NCBI GenBank assembly: GCA_963727895.1
Contig: CAVSHT010000008.1
Span: 128,001 to 192,000 of the forward strand
Source of the DNA: an uncultured Methanosarcinaceae archaeon
GTDB taxonomy: Archaea > Halobacteriota > Methanosarcinia > Methanosarcinales > Methanosarcinaceae
Length of the DNA: 64,000 nucleotides
Reading direction: 5' to 3'
The notes beneath the pieces are model-generated. The model did not search any database, was not told the origin of the DNA, and was given only the letters and a program-made list of their open reading frames with translations. The position numbers and the translations under genes were made by a program. Numbering within the stretch: position 1 is the stretch's first letter; each line of letters opens with the position of its first letter. This document shows positions 54,657-64,000 of the stretch, in pieces.

Positions 54657-54923
54657 TTAAAATCCTTCAATTACTATTTCTTCATCAGGGCTTGAATTAT
54701 CAAGCAGTTTTTCGAGATCTGCTGTATCAGGATCAAGCTTTTGGATTTCATCCTGCGTAAGTCCCATTTCCACGGCTTCAGCTGGTGTGCCATTCCCGAC
54801 CTCAACAGCATTTTGATTTACTCCTGACTTTTCTACTTCAGATGTATTATTTCCAACACAACCGGATCCTGCAAGCCAGACAATTAAAGCCGACAGCACG
54901 AGCAGGTGAGCGAATTTAACCAT
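54657..54923 (-). CDS. Small predicted lipoprotein
   Basis: Hydrophobic leader ending GSGCVG; SD gaggagg. Confidence 0.75.
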   Translation of the reverse strand: MVKFAHLLVLSALIVWLAGSGCVGNNTSEVEKSGVNQNAVEVGNGTPAEAVEMGLTQDEIQKLDPDTADLEKLLDNSSPDEEIVIEGF

Positions 54924-55122
54924 TTTCTGCCTCCTCTATGATGTAATTTTTTATATAGTAAATTTCCCACTCTCATCTCCTGAACCACAATTTTCCCATT
55001 TTAAGAAATTAGTTGTTATATTTCGGGAACTACACTTTAAATCTCTTCACCATTAATTATACATACCATGTTTGTGCTTATTATATTTTTTGGATTGTTA
55101 ACGCCGCTTTTTATGTAATATC

Positions 55123-56145
55123 TCATTTTACTTTCACAATATTTGTAATTTCGGTTTTGTTAAAAACTTTATTTTCATAATTTTTCAATTCAACAAAAAT
55201 TTCTCTGAGCAGTGCGTTTGCCTTGTTGATATCACTTAGAGACTGACGAAGATAGTCATTCGCTTCTTGCATATCTTCCCTGGTGACATTCGTGCCATTA
55301 TAGATGGAATCTGCCTCATCCTTATTCTCTTGCGCAAATTTTATAACTGAAACGTAACTGGAAACCTTTGTCTCAAGCTCAGATGTGTTAACGCCGGTTT
55401 CTTTCAGATTCAATGTTTTGTTTTCAAGTTTTATAGAGAGATTTTCCGATTCTTCAAGAAATTCTCCAATTTTTTCACTGACAATCTGCCCTGCGCTTGA
55501 AATACTATCTTTTTCAGCATTATTCCAGATTCCACTTACAGACTTGACCACAACCGAAAGCTCCTCCTGGCTTGACGCATTTGCAACTTTAGTCTTTTCA
55601 GTTTCAAGCAATTTTATTTTTTCATCTAAGGCAGTAATTTTTTCTTCCATTCCTTTTCCGTCTGAGTATACCATGTTATCCTTTACATTTGAAAGATGAG
55701 CTACCATATAGCTAATACTAGAACTAAGGTAAATCTTAGTAACATTTAGAGCTTCATCAGAATTAGGGTCAAGTTCTTTTTCACGAATACGATTTCTTAT
55801 AGTGAGGAAATTTTCTTTTGCTACTTTGTACTCTTGCTTATAAAATTGAAGATTTTCCCTTGATTGCTTTCTTTCCTGATTAGACTCAGAAACATTTTTT
55901 CGCCCTTTTTCGCTTAAGTTCTTATGTTCTGATATTGCATAAGATTTAGAATTACTGGCTTCATCTACATTTTCAGTTTTATTTTTGTCCGAACTGAGAA
56001 CATCTTCACGGGTATACTGATTTGAATTGCCATTTCTGTATTCAGAAGAATCTTTCGAAGCGAGTGAGTTTCCCGGAAGTAAACTGAGTACTATGATTAT
56101 AATTGTAAAACAAGCCAGATATAGCACAACTCTGGACTTTTTCAT
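55123..56145 (-). CDS. Secreted alpha-helical coiled-coil protein
   Basis: Signal peptide and heptad-rich body; SD aggagg. Confidence 0.8.
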   Translation of the reverse strand: MKKSRVVLYLACFTIIIIVLSLLPGNSLASKDSSEYRNGNSNQYTREDVLSSDKNKTENVDEASNSKSYAISEHKNLSEKGRKNVSESNQERKQSRENLQFYKQEYKVAKENFLTIRNRIREKELDPNSDEALNVTKIYLSSSISYMVAHLSNVKDNMVYSDGKGMEEKITALDEKIKLLETEKTKVANASSQEELSVVVKSVSGIWNNAEKDSISSAGQIVSEKIGEFLEESENLSIKLENKTLNLKETGVNTSELETKVSSYVSVIKFAQENKDEADSIYNGTNVTREDMQEANDYLRQSLSDINKANALLREIFVELKNYENKVFNKTEITNIVKVK

Positions 56146-56362
56146 CTGACTGCCTCCTTTTATAAGTTATTATACTGTTATAGGAATTAAGGTAAATATA
56201 AGTATTCTTTCCAAAATGAGTCTTATTAATAAGCAGATTTATTGATTCAAGCTTGATAAGATATTAATTTCCTTGATAAAACTTTATTATACATTTATTT
56301 TTCTTTGACCATCTCTCTAAAGATAAGTAAAAGATTTATGTGAAAAACCCATTTATCATTTC

Positions 56363-57499
56363 GTGAATTTTAGAAAACTCTATAGGTTTGCACTTGTCCT
56401 CTTTCTCTTAATAGTCTTCCAGGGAAATGCAACTGCGGCCACGATTCACGGAACAGTTTATGAGTGGTCTACTTTCAAGCCTCTTAATAATTCAGTTGTA
56501 GAAATTAATTCTACTCCTGAGCAAAATGTTATTGCAAAAGACTCGGAGTATTCTTTCAACCTCACTCCCGGAACCTATGCAATAAATGCTAGCTATATTG
56601 AAGGAAATAGGGTTATCTATATAGCTCAGGATGAGGTTGTGATCTCAAGAGAAGGAGACTATGTACATGACCTCCTTATGTTCCCACCATCCAATGAAGA
56701 GCTTCTTAATCAGGATCAAATGGATGTTCCTAATTTAGATTATGAAGGTGCAGAGCCTGTATCACAACCAAGTTATCAATACACTTTATTAGTTTCTTTC
56801 TTGGCTCTTACAGTCTTACTCTTAGGTGTCTACTTGTTGAAAAAAAGACACGATAAATCGGGAACAGGCCTTGGAACAGTCCTGATTTCAGAAGGGAAAA
56901 AAGAGCCACACCAGTTGGAGCATGAAAACTCTGTAGAAAATGAAATCTCTTATGGAGAGTCTGAAGTTGATTCAGCAGAGACAACGGTTGAAAATTTGGA
57001 ACTTAGCTCTGAACAACCTGATGTAAATTTAGGTTATACTCCTGAAACTGAGAAATCTTTACAGCAGAAAAACAAGTCTACAGCAGAAGTTCAGGACCTT
57101 CAGGAATCTTCTCTCCATGAAAAGATGCCAAATAAATCGATTCATCGAGATAGGGAGCATTCAAAGCTCAATCTTTCTGAGGATTTAAGGGATCTTCTTG
57201 AATCATTACATGAGAAAGAACTGAATAAATCAAGTTCTGAAGCTAAAGAGCATTCAAAGCTCAATCTTCCAGAGGATCTTAAGGATCTTTTAGAACTAAT
57301 TAGAGCTAGTGGAAATCGAATCACTCAGAGGGAACTGCGGAAAAAATCTCCATATTCAGAGTCCAAAGTTAGTCTTATGCTTTCGGACCTTGAAGAGCGT
57401 GGGCTCATTGAAAAATTCAAAAAAGGAAGGGGAAATATAATTCGTATTCCGGATGTACATATAGCAAGACAGAAAAAACAAGAACATAAAAAGGAATAA
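56363..57499 (+). CDS. Membrane-anchored protein: extracellular beta domain, TM helix, cytoplasmic winged helix
   Basis: Signal peptide, ATIHGTVY, TM helix, ITQRELRKKSPYSESKVSLMLSDLEERG...KKGRGN. Internal repeat of about 31 aa (57155/57248). Confidence 0.85.
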   Translation: MNFRKLYRFALVLFLLIVFQGNATAATIHGTVYEWSTFKPLNNSVVEINSTPEQNVIAKDSEYSFNLTPGTYAINASYIEGNRVIYIAQDEVVISREGDYVHDLLMFPPSNEELLNQDQMDVPNLDYEGAEPVSQPSYQYTLLVSFLALTVLLLGVYLLKKRHDKSGTGLGTVLISEGKKEPHQLEHENSVENEISYGESEVDSAETTVENLELSSEQPDVNLGYTPETEKSLQQKNKSTAEVQDLQESSLHEKMPNKSIHRDREHSKLNLSEDLRDLLESLHEKELNKSSSEAKEHSKLNLPEDLKDLLELIRASGNRITQRELRKKSPYSESKVSLMLSDLEERGLIEKFKKGRGNIIRIPDVHIARQKKQEHKKE

Positions 57500-57898
57500 A
57501 GAAATATGTGGTTACAGCATAAGTTCTTTTTTATAGATTATTAAACAGTAAATTATATAACTTAATTCATCTACTAAGCAACAGAAAGGATTAACAATGT
57601 TTGGAGTACGCGATATAGTAGAATACCCTTTTTGATCTCTTATACAGAGGGATTGCTTATTGGATACAAATTTGTTAATAGTAAATCATAGTAACAGTAA
57701 CATTGCTTGCGAGAATTATTTGAAACCAGATCATATATTAGGATAGATTATCAGGTTTGAGAGTCGATATGGCTGGATTGAAACCTGATATTCTGATATA
57801 CCACTCACCCTGACAGTAAGCTGCTGGATGTAGAATCGATAGATCTATAAATTGTTTAAAACTGCACAACAGATTCTAACAAATATGCGAGGGACAAC

Positions 57899-58402
57899 AT
57901 GCGAGTTTCCATGGACATTGAATTGAAAGATGTACCCGGGCAGATGCTTTTAGCCCTCCAACCTCTTTCAGAATTCAAAGCTAATCTGATAACAGTAGTA
58001 CATCTTCATCAGAAAAGAACACCCAGAAAAACAGTTCCTGTAAAACTTGTACTTGAAACAAGGCCTGAAAGCATTGAAAAAATAAAGGCCAAACTTGAAG
58101 AAAACGGTATTAGAGTTGTAAGAGTTGGTGAACACCGTTTCAGAGAAAGCATAAACGTAGTTCTAATAGGACATGTGGTACATACCGGAATCCAGGATAC
58201 AATTGATGAGATTGATAAAACGGGATTTGCTGAAGTTGTGGATCTTTCCCTCTCTATGCCTGGTATAAATATGCTTTCTTCAGCCCTTATAAAAATCAAC
58301 GCTGTCGGTAAAGAGGATTTACAAAATGCACTTGCAATTCTTAAAGATGTCTCGACAAAAAAAGATCTGCTTATGGTTCTTCCCATTGATATCCAGGCCT
58401 GA
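57899..58402 (+). CDS. ACT-domain protein (homoserine dehydrogenase-associated)
   Basis: ELKDVPGQM...ANLITVVH; directly upstream of hom. Confidence 0.85.
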   Translation: MRVSMDIELKDVPGQMLLALQPLSEFKANLITVVHLHQKRTPRKTVPVKLVLETRPESIEKIKAKLEENGIRVVRVGEHRFRESINVVLIGHVVHTGIQDTIDEIDKTGFAEVVDLSLSMPGINMLSSALIKINAVGKEDLQNALAILKDVSTKKDLLMVLPIDIQA

Positions 58403-58428
58403 AAAATAGATTTAGGAGATTTGAAAAC

Positions 58429-59424
58429 ATGAAAACAGTGTACTGTTCCATTCTCGGTTTCGGTGCAATCGGACAGGGTGTGGCCGAAGTACTTCTTATG
58501 AAAAAAGAGTATTTGGAAAGTATCGGGCTGGAAGTTAAAGTGGTTGCTGTTGTTGACTCAAAGGGCGCAACTGTTAGTTCTGAAGGCGTAGACCTTGCTG
58601 ACTGCCTTTCAAGGAAGAAAACCAATGGAACAATAGCCCTCGAAAAGATATCTGGAGTTGAGGTTATTAAATCCATAGCCCATGATTTAGTAATCGAGAC
58701 CACCCCAACAAATATACAAAACGGCGGAGCAGGTCTGCAAAATATGTTTGCAGCTTTCCAAACTGGAAAAGATGTTATTACTTCCAATAAAGGACCTTTG
58801 ACTCTTAAGTACAGGGAACTCGTGGAAACCGCAAAAGAAGCAGGGGCACATTTCAGGTTCGAAGCAACTGTTGGAGGTTCAATGCCTATTATCAATTTGG
58901 CAAATGAAGTACTTGCGGGAAATAAGGTTAAAAGTATCAAAGGAATTTTGAATGGTACCTGTAATTATATCTTGACGAGAATGCTGGAGGAAAGGGCAAG
59001 CTACAATGATATTCTTGCCGAATCCATGCAGCTTGGTATCGCTGAAACCGACCCCACGTATGATGTGGAAGGAATTGATACGGCCTGCAAGCTTGTCATT
59101 CTTGCCAATTCAATTTTCGGACTTGATGTTTCCTATAATAACGTTGAAGTTACAGGAATCACAAAAGTCACACCTGAAGCCCTTGAGATGGCTTATGAAA
59201 AAGGGCATGTAATAAAATTAATAGGGGAAGTCAGCAGGGAAAGAATTCATGTAGCTCCCAGACTTGTACCCATTAACCATCCACTTGCAGTTGGAGGAAC
59301 TTTGAATGTGGCGTCGGTAGACACCGAACTTGCAGGAGAAATCACAGTTACAGGTAAGGGTGCAGGTCCGATTGAAACTGCAAGTTCAATTCTCAGTGAT
59401 CTGATTGCAATTTACGGGAACTAA
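58429..59424 (+). CDS. hom: Homoserine dehydrogenase
   Basis: GFGAIG, TSNKGP, EATVGG, GILNGTCNY, AETDPTYDVEGID, GAGPIETA. Confidence 0.96.
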   Translation: MKTVYCSILGFGAIGQGVAEVLLMKKEYLESIGLEVKVVAVVDSKGATVSSEGVDLADCLSRKKTNGTIALEKISGVEVIKSIAHDLVIETTPTNIQNGGAGLQNMFAAFQTGKDVITSNKGPLTLKYRELVETAKEAGAHFRFEATVGGSMPIINLANEVLAGNKVKSIKGILNGTCNYILTRMLEERASYNDILAESMQLGIAETDPTYDVEGIDTACKLVILANSIFGLDVSYNNVEVTGITKVTPEALEMAYEKGHVIKLIGEVSRERIHVAPRLVPINHPLAVGGTLNVASVDTELAGEITVTGKGAGPIETASSILSDLIAIYGN

Positions 59425-59487
59425 TTGTTTAAGAATTCATGTAATGCCTGAATTCAGAAAAAATAAAATTAAAAAGCTGCGTTGATC

Positions 59488-61194
59488 ATGACAAGCTTCA
59501 GGGAATTTTCAGAAACCTGCCAGGCAATTGAAAAAATCTCAAGTACTATTGATACTACAAACCGGGTTGTGGACCTTCTTAAACAAGTTGATATGGAAGA
59601 GTTGCCCATTGCAACTCATTTTATTATGAGTGAGGTTTTTCCTGCCTGGAGCGGAGAGCAATTAGGGATTGGAACGAGTCTACTGTATGTTGCGCTCTCC
59701 AAAGCCTCGGGAATGCATATAAAAAGTATAGAATCTCTTATTCGGACTACAGGAGATATTGGCGACACAGCTCTTCTTATCCTTAAAGAAAAAACGAAAA
59801 ATCAGGTTACTTTTTCTTCTTTTTTTGAAGAACAACCAGAACTCTCAATAGCCGAAGTTTACAACCGTTTTAAGATCGCCTCAGAAGCCTCAGGAAAAGG
59901 TTCTCAGGACATTAAGATTAAAAATCTTCAGTTTCTCTTTAATTCCTCTACCCCTAGAGAGGCAAAATATATATCGAGGCTTGCGCTTGAAGAACTCCGA
60001 ATAGGAGTTGGAGAGGGGGTTGTAAGAGATGCAATTGCAAAAGCTTTTTCCGTTCCTACAGAAAAAGTTGAACATGCCTTTATGGTCACAAACGACCTTG
60101 GAATAGTTGCTGCAACTGCCAAAGAAGGTGGAATGGAAGCCCTGGAGCGCCTCGGAATTGAAATAAACCGCCCGATTAAGATGATGCTTTCACAAATCAG
60201 CTCTGACATAGATGCTGACATCAGAGAAATGAAAGAAGTCGCAGTTGAATGGAAATTTGATGGAGCAAGAGTTCAGATACATAAGTCTGGTGATTCAGTA
60301 TCTATTTTTTCACGTAAGCTTGAAAACGTTACAAATTCTCTTCCTGACCTTGTGGAAATTGTGCGCAAACATGTAAAGGCGGACTCGGTAATTCTTGACG
60401 GGGAAGCTGTTGCAGTAGACGAAAAGGGTAAGCCCAAAGCATTTCAGGAGATCCTTAAACGTTTCCGTCGCAAGTATGATATCGAAGAAAAAGCCCTTGG
60501 TATTCCTATCCAGCTCAACCTTTTTGACATCATGTACTTAAACGGCAGGACTCTAATTGATTTTCCTCTACTTGAGCGGCGAAAATCACTTGAATCCTGT
60601 GTTGAAAGTTCAACTGAAGATTCAAAATCCATCTGCGTAGACAAACAGGTGATCACTGGAGACCTTGAAGTTATCGATCAGATTTACAGAGAAGCTTTAA
60701 AAGCCGGGCATGAGGGTGTCATGATCAAAAATCCAAATTCGTTTTATTCTCCTGGTAAACGCGGCAAAAACTGGCTGAAGAAAAAACCTCTTATGGAGAC
60801 TCTTGATCTTGTAGTGGTTGGAGCTGAATGGGGATTTGGCAGGCGTGCAAACCTCATAGGTTCCTACACGGTTGCCTGTTATGACCCAGAAACCTTGCGT
60901 TTTCTTCAGGTAGGCAAGGTGGGTACAGGTCTGACCGACGATCAGCTAAAAGAACTCACAGAGATGCTTTCAGGACTCATGGAAGGCGGAGAAGCAGGCG
61001 GAGTATTTGCAATCCGACCGGAAATAGTCCTGGAAATTGCTTTTGAGGAAATTCAGAAGAGCCCCAATTATGACTCTGGCTTTGCATTGCGTTTCCCGCG
61101 CTTTATCCGCATCCGAGACGATAAAGATCCTGAAGAAGCCGATACAATCCAGCGGATAGGGAAAGTATACAGTCAACAATTGAAAAGACTATAG
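59488..61194 (+). CDS. lig: ATP-dependent DNA ligase
   Basis: [31 protein letters not shown]. Confidence 0.97.
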   Translation: MTSFREFSETCQAIEKISSTIDTTNRVVDLLKQVDMEELPIATHFIMSEVFPAWSGEQLGIGTSLLYVALSKASGMHIKSIESLIRTTGDIGDTALLILKEKTKNQVTFSSFFEEQPELSIAEVYNRFKIASEASGKGSQDIKIKNLQFLFNSSTPREAKYISRLALEELRIGVGEGVVRDAIAKAFSVPTEKVEHAFMVTNDLGIVAATAKEGGMEALERLGIEINRPIKMMLSQISSDIDADIREMKEVAVEWKFDGARVQIHKSGDSVSIFSRKLENVTNSLPDLVEIVRKHVKADSVILDGEAVAVDEKGKPKAFQEILKRFRRKYDIEEKALGIPIQLNLFDIMYLNGRTLIDFPLLERRKSLESCVESSTEDSKSICVDKQVITGDLEVIDQIYREALKAGHEGVMIKNPNSFYSPGKRGKNWLKKKPLMETLDLVVVGAEWGFGRRANLIGSYTVACYDPETLRFLQVGKVGTGLTDDQLKELTEMLSGLMEGGEAGGVFAIRPEIVLEIAFEEIQKSPNYDSGFALRFPRFIRIRDDKDPEEADTIQRIGKVYSQQLKRL

Positions 61195-61869
61195 TCGGTT
61201 GGAGTGACTGCCTTTTTCTTTTTGCGGCAATCACATAACTTTCTAAGTATCCTTTATAATACAATTTAAATCTTTTATCTTGTTTAGCTAAATAGAGATA
61301 TTTTCTTTTTCTGGAAAATCCGGCATTCATTAAAGCTCCTTTATCAAACATCAAAACTGTCATTGAAAATGCTGAAGTGTCAGGGTTTAAATTGACAGAA
61401 AAATTTTGACCTCATTTTTAACAAACAATCTGAATATTCTTCTCTTCACTAAGTAAAAAATCAGCAAAATGAACACCAACATACGTGTGCCTCAACAGAA
61501 AATAAAAGGATATTGTATAAGACAAATTCAATATGAGATAAAAAAATCTGTGGATACGGCGACAGAAAATGAATGCCTTTTGAGTTGTAAAATTGAATAT
61601 TGTAAAATTCGGCAGTGTAGCGAAAGTTCTGTAAATTCTAAATGCAACCTAACAATTTGGCCCAAATGTTAGGTTTTTAGTTGAAAAACTCAGAAAAACT
61701 TTTGTTTTTGACTGGAAAAAAGAAGGAAAACATAACAATTTCAATAAAGTGTCGTTTTCCTAAGTACAGAGATTTTACAATAAAACCTGTGCATCGAATA
61801 AACTACAAAAATACAAAAATTTTACCATAAAACCTATGTATAAAATATGAAGCGAATTTTGCAGAAGGT

Positions 61870-62502
61870 TTAAAACACTGCCGGATATGCAAAATTATCC
61901 ATATTTTCTTTTAAATAATTAGATATGTAAGGAAGAAAAGGGCTTATTACCCCTACACAATCCTTTGCAGCTTGCATAAACGATTTAAATGCATTAATGT
62001 ATCTAGGAGTTCCTTTTGTTTTTTCCAAATCATCAACAGATGACAACAATTCTTTTGTATCCTCAATACTTACTTCTTTTGAAATGTATTTTCTCAATTA
62101 TTCGAATACATTTTCGTCATTGATTCCACTTATGGAAACATTTATCAAATTATCATTTGAGTTTATAGTCACAGGGGAGTTATTCCCACTAACATGAATA
62201 GTGTGTCCTGAATCCTGAGATTTTGATTCCTTGTTGTTTTTTAGTACTTTTTTTACATCTATCTGATAATGAGGTTCGGTACAAAAAATGCTTTTACCAT
62301 AGTATCTTGGATTGATTACCTCATAAACTTCCTGTTTTCCATGTGGAAGGGTTCTTGTGAACTGATCTCCTTCGTCTACAGGTATTGAAGTGTCAGGAAG
62401 AAGTATAAAATCGTCTTGTAAATGAACATTGATATTATCATATTTTTCCCCGGTTGTTTTTTACAAACACACTTTCTCATTACACATATGATTAAAGCTC
62501 AT
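61870..62502 (-). pseudogene. Hypothetical gene of about 210 codons with two in-frame TAA stops
   Basis: Single frame MSFNHMCNEKVCL*KTTGEKYDNI...IPVDEGDQFTRTLPHGKQEVYEVINP...PHYQIDVKK...NVFE*LRKY... Confidence 0.65.
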
Positions 62503-62513
62503 AAATTGTCACT

Positions 62514-62569
62514 AACCCATTAATATTAAAATGTATAAAAGTTGTCTTTTTATTAAATATTAATGGGTT
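62514..62569. promoter_or_regulatory. 14-bp perfect inverted repeat around a TATA-like box
   Basis: aacccattaatatt ... aatattaatgggtt; minus-strand tttataca lies inside. Confidence 0.5.
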
Positions 62570-62716
62570 TACTCGATTGTGAACTTATTAAACTAAAGTG
62601 TTAAGTTGTATTTAGGCATTTAAATTTAGAATTTACAGAACTTTCAGGACATTACCTAAAATTCACTCAGAAGCGAATTTATATGGCAATTATGCCTTAT
62701 GACAAGTTTTTTCAAA

Positions 62717-63346
62717 TCAAATATACTTGAACAGGTCATCCCTTTTCATTTCGTGCAGCCTGTCCCGAAGTAAACCTTTTAAAGCTTTCATATCTCCTTT
62801 TTTGGCACTGGTAGGAGCTATAATATGCTTCCAGTTCTGCCAGGGAGGTTCAAGTCCGAGACGAGCTGTGATCTCGTCAAGAAGAGGGTAGTAATCGTTT
62901 TCTTTTACTTTATCCATCTTGTTTGCGGCAATAATAGTGTCAATCCCGACTTCCCTAAGGAAATCAAACATCTCAATATCTATTGGAATCTGATCCCTTG
63001 AGTCCCAACGGTCTATTATCGATGGGAAAACCGGACCGTCTATTACAAGTATTCCGAGCTTGATCCTTTCAGCATTATCCTCTATGTAATGCACAGTCTT
63101 GTCTTTTACGATATCCTGTTTTCGGTCTTTTACTCCGCTCATAAAACCGAAACCAGGCATATCCGTGATAAGCATATCCGAGACTTGAGCATGTATCGGG
63201 CGCAGGGTAACTCCAGGGCGTTTTCCAACCCTTACTTTTGCCCCGAATAACTCTCGAAGTATGGAAGATTTTCCTACATTTGAGCGTCCTACGAAGATGA
63301 TCTCAAAGCTTACCCCGCTTTCAGATGCAGTTTTACTTGTTTCCAT
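62717..63346 (-). CDS. engB: EngB/YsxC-family GTP-binding protein
   Basis: GRSNVGKSS, RPGVT, DMPGFG, NKMD, SAK. Confidence 0.93.
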   Translation of the reverse strand: METSKTASESGVSFEIIFVGRSNVGKSSILRELFGAKVRVGKRPGVTLRPIHAQVSDMLITDMPGFGFMSGVKDRKQDIVKDKTVHYIEDNAERIKLGILVIDGPVFPSIIDRWDSRDQIPIDIEMFDFLREVGIDTIIAANKMDKVKENDYYPLLDEITARLGLEPPWQNWKHIIAPTSAKKGDMKALKGLLRDRLHEMKRDDLFKYI

Positions 63347-63673
63347 TGTTTTTACCTTTTCTTGCTTTCCTCAGTATTCTATCAAGAACCCAGAGATTTC
63401 AAAGATAATGAATATTCCGATCATAAATTCTTTTTCTTTCATTGTATCTTTGCTTAATTTTTCCCAGAATTTATATCTGTTATTTCAAAGGTAAAAACGA
63501 TTATTCACAATCATTTACTGCAGACAAGAAAAAATATTTTTCTGCCACTGGTGAACCCATAATAAATCATCCTTTACCAATTATACAACATCCATAGTTG
63601 AACTGGGATATCAATAGTATTAAATAGTAAATATTTAGATCTTAATAATTTTGATAAGAATATTGTTAAATAT

Positions 63674-64000
63674 TTAAATTCCAATAATTTTTACAAGAGT
63701 ATTCTTGACTCCAAATAAATATCTTTTAAATAAGGAGATTTCATGGTCATTAAAACCTCTTAATAGAAACATTACAAATAGATAGACAAATAAACCTTCT
63801 GCTATCGCCTCAAATAGATTATGGATGTTTATGATCTCCAAATGGGAGATAAAGAGAAACATGGCCAATGATGATAAAACACTTTTCATGACATCATAAA
63901 AATAAAATTCATGTTTAAAATACTTTAGAGACATCTGTATGCAGAGAATAGCCATAAGGAAATATGAGACTAGAGTTGAAAGGGCAGCTCCAACAATACC
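63674..64000 (-). CDS. Polysaccharide flippase (Wzx-like), C-terminal part
   Basis: GIVGAALSTLVSY at the window edge, followed by hydrophobic helices. Confidence 0.75.
   Translation of the reverse strand, partial: GIVGAALSTLVSYFLMAILCIQMSLKYFKHEFYFYDVMKSVLSSLAMFLFISHLEIINIHNLFEAIAEGLFVYLFVMFLLRGFNDHEISLFKRYLFGVKNTLVKIIGI

Noticed and set aside
1793..63494. Many antisense or overlapping ORFs in the track (e.g. 17644-18339, 25853-26581, 48098-48640, 51894-52352, 58371-58940)
   Set aside because: Shadows of well-supported genes on the other strand or frame, with no motifs.
1..64000. CRISPR array, tRNA or rRNA genes
   Set aside because: No regularly spaced repeat-spacer array or recognisable tRNA/rRNA seen; the repeats present are tandem duplications or IS ends.

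Overview
AT-rich archaeal chromosomal segment, most consistent with Methanosarcina (gatE, archaeal CCA-adding enzyme, ATP-dependent ligase, PGF-CTERM surface protein, iorAB-paaK, cbiMNQO). Housekeeping genes are interspersed with many insertion sequences (three full-length IS1-family copies, one truncated copy and one internally deleted derivative, plus IS110, IS6, IS1634, an IS21 remnant and several MITEs) and at least eight decayed host genes. No tRNA, rRNA or CRISPR array was recognised. The main finding is an IS110 element inserted in an IS1 copy. Its upstream non-coding region folds like a bridge RNA, with loop sequences matching both the IS1 insertion site and the element's own end, while the three un-invaded full-length IS1 copies differ at the guide-matched bases. 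Other leads: a Val/Ile-rich leader peptide ahead of iorAB-paaK, an ~270-nt structured intergenic RNA, a degenerate MCM-like protein, and an RHH-like ORF bracketed by IS6-derived direct repeats. All family assignments come from motif recognition by eye; no searches were run.
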